From positions 19,854,567 to 19,918,566 of the forward strand of contig CM120649.1 of assembly GCA_051362555.1 (NCBI GenBank): DNA of 64,000 nt, written 5' to 3'. Positions 1 through 14,400 of the stretch are shown here, piece after piece; within the stretch, counting starts at the first letter, position 1, and each line of letters begins with the position of its first letter. Below the pieces are notes generated by a model, which was not told where the DNA came from, did no database searches, and saw only the letters and a list, made by a program, of their open reading frames with translations. The stretch comes from Lingula anatina (Eukaryota > Animalia > Brachiopoda). Position numbers and translations under genes: made by a program.

Positions 1-170
1 TTCCAGGACTGCTGGAGAGAGTGACTCAAATATGCTATTATCTCTTATAACAATATTCTATGTCCACCATGTGTTCCAGGACTGTTAGAGAGAGTGACTC
101 AAATATGCTATTATCTCTTATAACAATATTCTATGTCCACCATGTGTTCCAGGACTGCTGGAGAGGCTGA
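1..170 (+). repeat. 73-bp tandem repeat spanning a DNAH2 3' splice site
   Basis: ttccAGgactg(c/t)t(g/a)gagag at 1, 74 and 147; only the third copy continues into the exon. The array may extend left of the window. Confidence 0.9.
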
Positions 171-3100
171 CCCAGATGAACAACAAGCTAGAGGAGATCC
201 AGAAGTCTCTGGACATGTACCTGGAGACCAAGAGACAAATCTTCCCCAGATTCTACTTCATCTCTAATGATGACCTCCTGGAAATCCTGGGCCAGTCTAA
301 AAACCCTGAGGCCGTCCAACCACACCTGAAGAAGTGCTTTGATAATATTAATAAACTAAAGATGGGAAAGGTAGAGTTCTTGGGGAATAGTTAGGATGGG
401 GATGGGAAATTTAGTTTTTGGTAGGGGTAAAGTAGAGATGTTACAGGTTTACAGTCAGCCTGGAATATTTTTCACAGTCTAAAGACCTTTATATTTGTCT
501 GGGAAAAAGGATAACTTTTTTTTTTAAATGCTTACTCATAAATACTAAATTCTAAGTTTAGCTATTGATGTTTCAACAGTTGACTGTACTACAAATTTGC
601 TACTATGAAGACCAGCGTAACATTCTTGTAAGGTTTTTCGGCTGTAAAACCATAATGAGCAGTTAAGTATAGCATGTTTCAGAGATGCGGTTTTGCATTT
701 CAAGATTATTTTTCTTGTTTACTTTTCACAGTTAATGTATTTGTGTCTCATCTGTATTATCTATCATTTCAGACTGGTATCACACAGAAGTGGGAGGCGG
801 CTGGTATGAGCTCTGCTGACGGAGAGTATATAGAGTTTGTTCACTCAGGGACACCTGTACATGTGCTGCTGGATGGTCCAGTAGAGGTGAGGTCAACACA
901 TAATTACATGCTTGGAAATGTTTTTTGTCATATTAATGTACATTATTTTGTTGATTTGAATAAATGTTTTAGTTTGGTTGGGGTCAAACAGTAATTACAT
1001 CCATGGAAGTGATATTTATATAATACAAATAAACTTAAACAAATGTGTTCATATCTAATAAATAATGAGTAAGTCATCAAACTCACTATCATAACTTTAC
1101 AAATATCAAATTAAGTTTCACAGGAACTATTATAGGTATTTTTAAAATTTTATTTTTTGGCAAATAGGGGTTTTTGTCCCTTGCTTTATAACATTAAAGG
1201 GATATTTTAGGTATTGCCTTCAGATTTTTAAAATGTTGTCATGGATACTGCCCTTGTCTTCCAGGCCTGGCTGTGTGACATAGAGAGAACCATGCGGACC
1301 ACCCTCAAGGACGTGCTGAAGCAGTGCCGCGCGGCGCTGAAGAAGAGTCTGAGTAAGAGAGACAAGTGGGTGCGAGAATGGTGTGGTCAGATGTGTATTA
1401 CGTCCAGTCAGATGCAGTGGACACAGGACGTGACTAAAGCTCTGGCCACCTCTAAAGAGAGGGGAGATAAGAAGGCTTTGAAGAGCTTAAAGAAGAAACA
1501 GGTGTGTATACATTGATTTTGTAACTTAGAGCAAATTTGTGTTTTAAATTAATGGAAACAGAATATCAAATATTTATGATGTGCAAAGAAGAAGAAAGGC
1601 AATATAATATGAAAGCCATGGGAATAAAATGTATTAAAAAAATAATGCAAAGTTTTTATTAATTTAAAAGGGGCATTCCTTGGTTCAAGATTATTAACAA
1701 AATCATAGCATGAAAATGGCCTACAATGAGAACATGTCCAATGTTTTAATGTCCCCAGGTCTCCATGCTGTCCAAGTTCTCAGAAGCCATCCGTGGCAAC
1801 CTCACCAAGATCCAGCGTCTAAAGATTGTTGCCTTGGTAACCATTGAGGTCCATCAGCGTGACATCATAGAGCAGCTGATCAAGAGAGGCGTCAATGATG
1901 TCACAGCATTTGAGTGGCTCAGTCAGCTCAGGCTTTACTGGGAGAAGGTGAGGAATTTGTAAGAGACTGATTTAGCCAAAATACAGGGCTTGTTTTTAAA
2001 TAAGATTTATAAAGTGGCCTATTTTTATTCCATCATAAGTACCATGTATATGAGTACTGTAAAGATAGTCAGTCAGATCTTTCACTTCCAAACATTAGAT
2101 GTTAATACTGTAGTTTGATTTGTCTTGGGAGTATGTTAACACTCTGACACATTCATTCTATTTCTGTCTCTAGGATGTGATAGATGACTGTGTAGTTAGA
2201 CAGACCAACACCAGTTTTCAGTATGGATACGAGTACCTTGGCAACTCGGGACGTCTGGTCATCACACCCCTGACAGACAGGTACTGTATACATACACATG
2301 ATACATATAGTACTGTACAGCTATAGTTTCTAATATGATCTTATTTTCCCAGGTATTATAGATAAATTATCAATTATTTAATGTTTAACCATCTTCTCGA
2401 TCCTGTTAAGCTGTGTATGTCTGAATTGTGCCTCTGTCTAATAACTTGCTTTTGATTCTGGCCAGTCTTTGGTGACCAACTTTGAATGACCTACTTTCTA
2501 TTTTTAGATGTTACATGACCTTGACCACTGCCCTCCACTTACACAGAGGAGGCAGCCCCAAGGGGCCTGCAGGGACAGGAAAGACAGAGACAACCAAGGA
2601 TTTGGGCAAATCCCTGGGAAACTACGTCATTGTGGTGAACTGCTCAGAGGGCCTGGATTACAAGTCTATGGGGAGGATGTTCTCTGGATTAGCTCAGGTA
2701 TAGTTTGTAATTAACTGCTCCCAGGGTCTGGACTACAAGTAATAGACTTATCAGAAAAAACAGTCTTTGTATATGTATTCCACAATCTGTCCATATTTTG
2801 ATCAGGTTTATGAGTATTATTGACCTATGCTGTATATGCCACATTTATTTACCTTCACAGACTGGAGCCTGGGGCTGTTTTGATGAGTTCAACCGTATCA
2901 ACATTGAGGTGTTGTCAGTGGTGGCGCAGCAGATTCTCTCCATCTTGTCTGCCCTGGCGGCGGCCTCCAGGAGGTTTGTGTTTGAGGGAAGAGAAATCAA
3001 CCTGCAGTGGTCTTGTGGCATCTTTATTACCATGAATCCAGGTAGGGAAACTGCTGTCTTAACACTGACTGAAAGTGATTTGTTCTTAATGTGGCAAATA

Positions 3101-5328
3101 ATGTCAGAAGCACTTTATAAGATACTTTTTTTGGAAACCACAAACATTTATTTTAATGAAAAAACATTCAGAATAACTTTTCTCAACCTATAGATCCAAA
3201 TATTTAGATCAAAGCTGTTAATGAAATTATGAAATTCAGTAAGGTACCATAAACTTGAAAGTGATTTATTAATTCTCCACTTCTGTCTCCAGGTTATGCT
3301 GGTCGTACAGAGCTACCAGACAACTTGAAATCCATGTTCCGGCCCATCTCTATGGTAGTCCCTGACTCCAACCTCATTGCTGAGATCACACTGTTTGGAG
3401 AGGGATTTAACAACACCAAGGTAATAAACTGGGTTAAAAGTGACAGAGTGATCCAAGTATTGAAAGGTCATCAATAGAAATGGATAATTTATTTGTGATA
3501 ACCTTCCTTAATGTACTGTGAATACAGGTTATATTATATTATTGTGCAGATGTGCTAAACTTATAAAAAATGATAATGATAAATTATGACAAAATATGTA
3601 AATAAAAAAGTAAATAAATGAACAAATAAATAAATCTACTTCCTCACAGGTCTCTGTCTCTGTACAGTCTAACTGTCCAACATATTTCTATAGTTTAAGT
3701 TTGGATGTTTCCTATACATGTTCCCGTTATTTCTGTTCCCTACAGGTGCTGGCTAAGAAGGTGTTCACTCTGTATAGTTTGGCAGTTCAGCAGCTGTCCA
3801 AGCAGGACCATTATGACTTTGGTCTCAGAGCTCTGGTCTCTGTGCTGAGATATGCTGGGAGAAAGAAGAGATCTAACCCCAACATGCCTGATGAAGAGGT
3901 AAGGTCAAAGTAGAAGGTCATGAATATGTGTCAAGGTCATTTGCTGAGGTCAAGGCCATCTATGTGCATAGATTAAGTTCTATAAACAGTGCTAAGTTTA
4001 AAAGAATCCTGGTATGCCTTATGGAGCCTTTGTCAAATACATGTCTCAAATGTCCAACATATACAAATCTCTCAAACTTTCAAGAATGTTCATACCACTT
4101 TGCCATTGAGTATGATGTATTTCAAATTACCATATGTTTCATATCAAATATATAATGAAGTGCTGTATTTTTGTGATATTTTTAAAGGGAGGTTGTAATT
4201 TTGTTTCCAGCTTCTGTTGCTGTCTATGAAGGACATGAATGTGGCCAAGATGACAGCTGTAGACTTGCCTCTGTTCAATGGCATTGTGTCTGATCTGTTC
4301 CCTGGTGTAGACCTGCCAACCATTGATTACTCCAAGGTAATGTGACACAGGACCTCCTGTAGCTCATCCGGGGCTTCATTAATACTGTGAGAGTATTTTA
4401 GTATTTTGGTATCACAGTATTGGCCTAGCTGACATGACCAGACAGCTGGCATGCTGAATATTATATTAAAGCATCTTTTTTATGTGTAAGATTTAAAAAA
4501 AAGAGGAAGAGCACATTGTTTTGATTGAAGTCTGTTATAAAATGCCAGACTTGACTAAGATTCACCAAAAAAAGTGCTTGGTCTTCTCAGTAGACTCGAT
4601 CAGGAAAGTGTTCTTAGGATTGTGTCCACTTTGGATTTATAAAGAAGTAAAAGATTGAAAAAAGACTAATCTCCTCTCCCTTCATCAGATGAAGACTGCC
4701 ATAGAGGAGGAGCTGCGTGCCTTTGGTCTCCAGACTATTCCTAACACCATCACCAAGGTGATCCAGCTCTACGAGACCAAGAACTCACGTCACTCTGTCA
4801 TGATAGTTGGGAAGACGCTGTCTGGGAAGTCTGTGACCTGGAGAGTCCTGCAGGCAGCCATGGGGAGACTGCACAAAGCTGGAGACCCTGCATTTAATAT
4901 GGTGAAGGTGAGTGTGTTAGGTGTGACTGAGTGTGCTGGGTGTGACATGGGTTTAATATGGTAATAGTTAGAGTGTTAGGTTTATGGTGTCAGCAAGCAG
5001 TGTGTGTGTAGGGTACTGATGATAAAACTAAGTTGCAAACTGAAAAGGCAAATTGACTAGGTTCATTGAACATTTCTGTATATGAATAGTATGACACAAA
5101 TAGTACCATTGTGTCTGATGTATAAAAAAATTTGGATGGAATTTATCAGTTGAATACAGAAGGATACTCAACCTGTTATCTCACATATCATTCCAGGAAT
5201 TCCCCATCAACCCCAAGGCTGTGTCACTAGGAGAGCTGTACGGAGAGTTTGACCTGAACACCAACGAGTGGGCGGATGGTGTGCTCTCTAGTGTGATGAG
5301 GACAACTTGTGCAGGTACAGGGATATAC

Positions 5329-5415
<87 letters not shown>

Positions 5416-8400
5416 GTGAGTGCGAGTGTGCGCACTATTATACAATATAAGATGTCAAGTCATTACCGTACATAGATGAATCCAGTAGTGATAATAATAA
5501 TAAGAATACAGCAGTCATATCAGAGCACATCAAGTGTAAGGTTTAAAAGAGTCTAATATGTCCTGTTGTTCCTTCACTGTTAGATGAGAAGCCAGAGGAG
5601 AAGTGGATTCTGTTTGATGGTCCTGTGGACACACTGTGGATTGAGAGCATGAACTCTGTGATGGATGACAACAAGATTCTCACCCTAATCAATGGAGAGC
5701 GAATTGGAATGCCAGAACAGGTCAGATAATTAACTCTGTGACATATCTTTTGCTTTTTGAGAATTCTTGATATATATTTAATATAAGTTACAAAAGGAAG
5801 GCCCTTAGGTTGAGAAAGAAGGGCAGGGGGAAATACTTATGCCTTTTTGGCAGGAAAATATCCAGTTTGAATTAAAATTTGATCTTGGTTCTATGCCATA
5901 TCTCAAATTGGGTATATCAAGAAGGTAGAAAGGTCCACTTTTTCAGAAAAAGAACTTCCCTATGAAATTGCTGGCTATATGAAGCCCTGAAAGGACTCTG
6001 TTGTTGTGTATAAAACACTTAACACAAAACCATTTCCTACATGATGTTCATTATTATATTGTATTATTGTTGACTTCTATTCATACTAGTGCTTTTCCTC
6101 TCCTATAGGTGTCACTGCTGTTTGAGGTGGCTGACCTGTCTGTAGCCTCCCCAGCCACTGTGTCAAGGTGTGGCATGGTGTACTATGACTATGTAGACCT
6201 GGGCTGGAGACCTTATGTTGACTCCTGGCTGGATAAGAAACCAGATAAAACCATGGTGGAGGAACTGAAGAGACTGTTTGAGAAGTACATTGTCAAGATC
6301 ATGGAATTTAAGAAACAGCAGTGTAAGGAGCTGATCCCCATTGCTGAGCTGAATGGAGTGATTTCACTGTGCAAGCTGTTTGATTGTATGGCCAAACCAG
6401 AACTAGGGGTAAGTAGACTAAGGAGATGATGGAAAACAAGAGGACTTGTTTAACTGGAGTATTTGAGCATGTGATTGGAAACAAAAGGAAGAAAATGTGT
6501 AGGATATGAAGTTGGTAGTACAAACCATATCTTTAGGTTTAACAGATAAAGTCATGCAATAGTTGTGTCTGTGACCTTCAGTGTGACTGATATTGATAAT
6601 GGAATGATGACTTCAAATTTTCAATTTTTCCAGTGTGATCCCAGTGACCAGGAGAACTATGTCAGGATGATAGAGCTGTACTAGCAATTCCAATCTTGAT
6701 ATTAACAATGTAATAATTGACTTTAACCTTTCCCTATTTCCAGTGTGATCCCAGTGACCAGGAGAACTATGTCAGGATGATAGAGCTGTACTTCCAGTTC
6801 TGTATGATCTGGTCTATCATGGGTAGCGTGGACGAGGAGGGACGTAAGAGGATTGACAACTACTTCCGTGAGATGGAGGGCACATTCCCCAACAAGGACT
6901 CCATCTATGAGTACTTTGTGGACCCTAAGAGTAAGACGTGGGTCCACTGGGAGGAGAGACTGAGGAGTGGATGGAAGTATAACCCAAGGTAATGCTGAAC
7001 TGTTGTCTGGTAGAACTCAGTTGAATTCTCTCTCTATATATATATATATATAGCTATTGCCATGTAAAACCTACAAGATAATCTTTTTCACAACAAAAAA
7101 GTCATAAAAGCAAATATGTCATCATGAAAAAAAGAAAAAAATACTTTAACTATAAAAAACTATAATTTCTCACTATTCCAGTGTACCGTTCTACAAGATC
7201 ATTGTCCCCACAGTGGACACGGCCCGCTATAACTTCATTGTGTCATCTCTGATAGAGGCACAGCACCCTGTCACCTTGGTGGGACCTGTGGGGACAGGGA
7301 AGACCTCGGTGGTACAAAGTGTCCTGGCCAAACTGGACCCCAAGCTGTATAATGTGCTGATAGTGAACATGTCTGCACAGGTGAGGAAACAATATAGCTT
7401 TATAACTGGTCCTAAATGCTAATTTGAGGGTGTAAATTGGCATTTATGACCAGGTAGAGCCTCTGTGCTGCTTATCCAAACAATTTTGCAATGCTGATGT
7501 TAACACAATTATTTTATTCCATTCAGATTTTGTAATGTCAAATGTTATAAGTATCCTCTAAATTGGTCTTAAAAACATATTTGAGTACCCCTCTTTAACT
7601 TGATTGTGCAGACAAGTTTATAGTATATACATATTTTATGATCACAGACTCCGATAATTTCATTCTGTGATAAATTGAATGTGAAAATATGTAATAATTA
7701 CTGTGCATGCATAATACATTATAAACACAGAGATAATTTCTTTCTGCAGACGTCCTCCAACAACGTCCAGGACATCATTGAGAGCCGTGTGGAGAAGCGG
7801 ACTAAAGGCGTCTACGTCCCTATTGGTGGGAAGAAACTCCTGACTTTCATGGATGACCTTAACATGCCCGCCAAGGACCTGTTTGGCTCCCAGCCGCCGC
7901 TAGAGCTGATCAAGTTGTGGTTAGACTACGGGTTCTGGTACGACAGGCAGAAACAGACCGTCAAGTTTGTCAAGGTGAGAGATATTGCTTGTATTTTCAG
8001 TTATGCTGGTTTGTGCTTTGTTGATAACAGTTTCAGTGCTTAATGTCTAGAGTTACTTATTCATATAATGCAAGTTCCAAGCTTGTGAACCTTTTTTGTT
8101 TTGATGTTGTCTACAGGCAGACACAGAAAAAAAAAGATGGTATGATTAATCTGCAGACACAGAGGAACAGATATGATAATTTCAGATGAATGATATATAC
8201 AGTGAGACATTCAGTGTATTACAGGTAAATAACTAATGCTGTTCTCCTACTTGTAGGACATGTTCCTGCTGACTGCCATGGGTCCCCCTGGTGGCGGCCG
8301 TACACAGATCTCCACCAGACTGCAGAGCAAGTTTAACCTGCTCAACATGACCTTCCCACAGGTAGGCATTTGATCCTGTTATGTCTAGTGCTGACATCTA

Positions 8401-11400
8401 GTGTTTGTTTATGTCTTGCTTTGTGACCATTGAATAGATATAGATGAAATTTGTCAGGCAGAGGATATACATTAATTTTAGAAGAAAATCATGTTTTGTT
8501 AGGATTCCCAGATAAAAGAAAAAAAACTGTTTGTTTTCTGTTTTGCTAGGACTCCCAGATCAAGCGTATCTTTGGCTCTATGATCAACCAGAAGCTACAA
8601 GACTTTGAGGAGGAGGTCAAGCCAATAGGAGACGTGGTCACTCAAGCCACCCTGGAGCTGTACCAGGCCATTGTTGGACGCTTCCTGCCCACTCCCACCA
8701 AAATACACTACCTGTTCAACCTGAGAGATATCTCCAAGGTAATGGAGAAAAAGTTTGCTTCAACCCCCCACCCACCATGTTTATCCCGCGAAGAAAATAT
8801 CTTATAGGTGACCTATAGGACTCCTATAAGATATTTTGAATTTTGATTTTTTGTGTAGAATTTTAAACAGTTCTTTGTGTTTATGTTTTTCATACAAAAA
8901 ATGATTGCTGCACATTATTATAATGTCATCTGTTGTTTTTCTAGGTTTTCCAGGGCATGCTGAGAGCCAATAAGAACTACCATGACACCAAGGCTGCCAT
9001 CACTAGGTTATGGATCCATGAGTGCTTCAGGTGAGGTTGACAGCCATTGCTAAACCTGTTCAAGACCAGTTTTACTTTATGTACCCGTTGACATATGTTT
9101 ACTCCATGCTTACAAGTTTGAGATTTAATGATTGGTATTTCCATTCCAGGGTATTCTCTGACCGTCTTGTGGATACATCTGACATGGAGGCTTTTATTGG
9201 CATGTTGAGTGACAAACTTGGGACACTGTTTGACACCACTTTCCATGGGATATGTCCCAGCAAACAGCCACCAATATTTGGTGAGGAATCCTTTCTTTTT
9301 TCTTCTCTGGGATTTAATGGGGAATGTTATGTTATTTATGGAAAGATATTAATCAGTCATTCTACAAAAAAGTAACTCTCTCACCAGTCTGCCATTACAT
9401 TTGACCCCGCTCACCTCTAAACCCCTCTAAATCAAACTTGGTTTTATGCTTAGTCACAGGATTTTGGGCCATCTTGGATAAATCACAGCTGTAATTTAAA
9501 AACTTTTCCATGTGACTATAAGAACCCAATAAGTTTATTACCATGGCCAAGAAGTACTACTTCTCTTATTTTCTAATTACAAACTTCTCCAGGTGATTAC
9601 ATGAACCCAGACAATGTATACGAGGACATTGCAGACATAGGCAGTCTGAAGCACCACATGACAGAGATGTTGGAGGAGTATAATAACAGCCCAGGGGTCG
9701 TCCCCATGGACCTGGTGCTGTTCAGGGATGCTATAGAACATGGTCAGTGAGAACTTGAGATATTGAAACAGAAATTTGAAAATCATTAACTATAGTAAAA
9801 GGCTATAAGAGTTCAAGAGAAGCATTATTTTATATTTTTAGAGGGACATTTTACAGGTGTCAATAAATTGATAAGAAACGAATGAAATAGATGTATAACG
9901 TATATATTTGTATATTTCAGTGTCTAAGATAGTGCGTGTAATCCGCCAGCCCCTGGGGAACATGTTACTGATAGGTATAGGAGGCAGTGGAAGACAGAGT
10001 ATGTCTAGACTGGCTGCCAGCATCTGTGAATACAAGACATTCCAGATTGAAGTGTCTAAACACTACAGAAAACAGGAGTTCAGGGATGGTAAGTTTTGCA
10101 GGTGAACTTAAGAGGGAAATGGGGTCATTTTTTATTCAAAATAATGCCAGTTTTGTGATTTATCGGCACACTGTCTCAAGAATGTGCTAGCCTAGGCATT
10201 TTTAAGTTCCATTTGTTAGGTTAATTCTAAATTAAAGATTGAGAGTCATAAGCATAAGATTCAATTTACCTTGTTCTCAGAGTCATAAACAACTGGAATT
10301 GCCTGTATCTCTGTCTGTATGAACCCACACTTACTCTTCCAGACTTGAAGCGCCTGTACTGGCAAGCAGGAGTAGAGAACAAGCCCACTGTGTTCCTGTT
10401 CACAGACACTCAGGTGGTGGAAGAGGGTTTCCTGGAGGACATCAACAACATCCTCAGCAGTGGAGAGGTGCCCAATCTCTACAAACCTGATGAGTTTGAG
10501 GAGGTCAGTGTTAGAGTCCTTTTTACCAGGGAAGCCCAGATATTCTGACATGCTGAAAACTTTTAAAACAGCCTTAACATTTGGGCAGGCAACTGTGAAA
10601 AATTTGCTTAATAAAATGATTTGTTCCCTGTCTGACAGTTAATTCAAAATGCCAATTTTTAACATTGTTTAATGTGCTTTGGACCCATTTAACACAATTT
10701 TCTACACTTCCTTGAAATATTTATCAACAGTTTCCAGCTGTCATGATATTACATAATGTGTTTAGAGGTCAGTATATGATGCTGTAAAAGATAAACAATG
10801 TACATGTATAGAGGTATATAATAAGTGCTTACTGACTATGATGTTGTTAAGTGTGCTTAGCTAGGCAGATGCTTATGTCTATTATCTATGTTGGTTTTGT
10901 AGGTCTTTTAAATGAAACTTCCCTAATTGTTTCAGGTGCGCACTGCTCTGGCTGACATAGCTAAGAAAGAAGGAATAGATGATACGCCGTCTAACATCTT
11001 CGCATTCCTCATTGATCGTGTGCGTGCTAATCTGCACGTGATTTTGTGCATGAGTCCAGTGGGAGAGCCTTTCAGGTAATGCATCTACACACATGCACAC
11101 ATATAAACACACACACACACACACAGACACATTGTGATATATGGATGCAAAGATACAATACTGTTCTAATAGTACAAAAGTCAATACACACCTCTCAAAA
11201 TAAGATACCATTTGATATCTTCTGCAGTTGAAGATTCTGTGGCATTAATTTGCTGGTGTATAGATTATATATAGATATAGCTGAATGATACAGTACTGTG
11301 AATGATACTGAATCAGGTACGATGCCTTGACTGCATTGTAGCAGGTAGTATGTGGTGTTGATCATTATGGAACACTTAAAATCACACTTTGTTGGTGCAT

Positions 11401-14400
11401 TTGTCTACAACAGAATCTTATCTATTAGTATCTGTATCTTACAGGAACCGTATCCGTATGTACCCAGCCTTTGTAAACTGTACCACCATTGATTGGTTCA
11501 GTGAGTGGCCGCTAGACGCACTGCTGGAGGTGGCCGGCAAGTACCTTGAGACGGTGGACCTGGGCGGAGAGGAAGGGGTGAGTGAACCATGGAATTCATC
11601 ATACATTTTCTCTCTATTCTACCGAGAGTTTCAGATCCACCACTTGCCATCTTGTTCATTGTCTAATTTCCATATCTGCCTGCCTATGAGAACAGGGCCC
11701 CATTAATATGGAGATTAGTATATGAAGAAACTAGCAGTTCTTGGTGTGAGTCTGAAGGGACTCAGTACAGAACTGATGGCTTATGTGGAGGGATAATACT
11801 TGAGAAGAATTGAGAATAAAGTGGTTATGTTGTATGAATTAATATAATAATATGATCACATAAGACATACTCACTTTTCCATAAAGTAGAAGAGGTGGGA
11901 TGTGGGGGGTTGGGGGGGGGGTACACTTTTTTTGTTTACCATCTTGCATAGTGTTTTGTTACATTATTCCACCATGTTGCAGCACATTACTTTAAATGTT
12001 TATATATATTGTAGAATAAATGAAATTAATGTTGCATCACTTCACCTAAATCTCTCACACTTATTGTAAAATATCAATGTTTTGTTTGAATACAAAGATC
12101 TAGCATAATTTCACCATGTTGTTGCCGTTCACATTAATGTTGTTAATGTTGCACTAACAATCACGCTATATTTGTTGTCAAAGTTGTAAAGAAGTCTGCT
12201 GTATACATATTTTGCAGCTGAGTGTCGTTGTTGTTAAATGTCATTGTTGTCATCTTTGTTGTAGTCTCCAAGCTTTATTCACACTTGTCACATTGCTCTC
12301 TTTTGCAGGAAAAAAGAGTGAGTCAAATAAAAATATTTTACAGAAATGCATGTAATCTGCATTGAGTTGCTGCATTCTTTAATCATAGTGCAGTAGATAG
12401 ATAGGACTCATATAAGGATCACATATTTTCAGATTTTATAGAGATGTTCACTGAATTTCTGTCTAACTTGATTTACATTTATGTTCTTGGGAAAAATGTT
12501 CATTTGTAAAATTTCAATTAACTTTAGTTTCACTATGAGGTAATCTTATGAGATATCTTTGGGAATAAACCCTAAAATTTTAGATCATCATGTATACACC
12601 TGTGATGGGAAACTCAGTGAATATCTTTCTGAGTTGTAGATAGAATTTTTACTCTAGGATCCAACAGACAGAATAGTATGCATGTTAGATTTATGTATAA
12701 TCCTGCTGCGGCATGCTAATGATTAGGATTAGGTAGAGTTTAGGTAGCATGTTTTTTACCAAAAATACAAGTTATTTTAATCAGTTTATAATCTGCATGA
12801 TGCATGTCTCAACTGATTTGTTTCTATAAAAAAATATTGTTTTGTTCTATATTTTGTGATGGTTCAATATGGTTTGTGTGATGTACAATGCTCAAAACAA
12901 ATCTGATCTATTACCAGGATTCCATGTGTATTAATTTGGATGATGTATTTGACCTATTTTGAATATCATAGTGAATATGTTTTATGATTCTTGTTTACTT
13001 GTGCTGTTGTTTGTGACAATTGTTATGTTTTTAGAATATGATGTGGAGTGATGTTTAGCGGTGAAGGGTTAAGAATAGAGCAGCTTATTTTCTTCAGTTG
13101 AAAATTTATTGAAAATGCATACCTTCAATATTTTAATGTCTATCTGAAGATACAGACATTCTATACAGATGTTGACATATTGGTGGTATACAACATTTTC
13201 AATATTTACTACTGACTGAAAAAAAAAATAACTGCTTGTTTTCTTAGTGCATAACAGCTGATGTAATTTATCTCTGGTGTAGGGTGTTCTTTATATTCTA
13301 TGTAGACTAATATAGCAACTAAAGCTTATTACTACTACTAACTGGAACTACTTCCTGTATTGATGTAGATTCTATAGCTAGGTTATTGATTAGCTGGGGT
13401 TAAGAGGTGGTGGATAGCGCTTTTATAGAGATTTGAAGATAAAATAGCTGGTCAGGACATGACACAGTAGGGTTAGAAGTGTGGAGAGGAGAGTTCAGGC
13501 CTGTCTGTAGCCAGACATTTATACATGGGGGGTTCTTTTGTTAAAAAGGTAGATCTTTTTACTTTTTTTTTTTGTTGACCCAAATTTACGTTTGGCATAA
13601 AACCAAGGCAAAATTTAGATTCAGAGACTTTTCAACCAAAAGGGTCTTTTTATTCCCCCCCATACCCAGAACCCCCCTCACCCTAACCTTGACCCCACCC
13701 TTCCCCTTAACCCCATACCCTGACCCCCTCACCTTAACCTTGCTCCCACCCTTCCCCTTAACCCCATGCCCTGAACCCCCCTCACCCTAACCTTACCCCC
13801 ACCCTTCCCCTTAACCCCATGCCCTGACCCCCCCCTCACCCTAACCTTGCCCCCACCCTTCCCCTTAACCCCATGCCCTGACCCCCCCTCCAGTTCTCCT
13901 AAACCTCTCCCCTGCCTACTGGCCTGATGTTTTGTCCTATAACTCTAAGTAACAATAGATTGGTTTTTGTGAATCATTCTGCATGTTTTCAGTATGGTAT
14001 AATGTAAAGTGTGATTATGCATTAATATCATGATAGATTTCATGCATACGTCTTACATATAGATTATTTTCAATTTTGTGGTCCAGGTAAAAGGCAAATT
14101 CATCGAGAAAATGCTAAGTTTGAGAAAAGAATGCTTTCTAGTTGCACCTATGAACGTTGCACTCACTGCTTATTTTATACAAAAAGTATATAAAACATTA
14201 ATGCTTATTGTGGAATTTTATTAATATTAGCAATGAAACAAGGCTTTGACTTACCACTAAGTACAATATTAAATTGCAAGAGACATCACACATGTCTGCT
14301 TACATGAAGTGTATACCATGCTGCCAGCTTACATGTAGTCTTTATCTATTGCTAGGACAAGCTCAAGCCCAGTCTAGCCAAGGTGTTTGCCATTATGCAC

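Noticed and set aside
4350-4380. tRNA/SINE-like A-box fragments (also ~9377, ~16150, ~62015)
   Set aside because: Too short and degenerate; no cloverleaf or clear B-box.
13676-13860. Interstitial telomere
   Set aside because: CCCTAA occurs only as isolated words in a ~53-bp unit, not as tandem hexamers.
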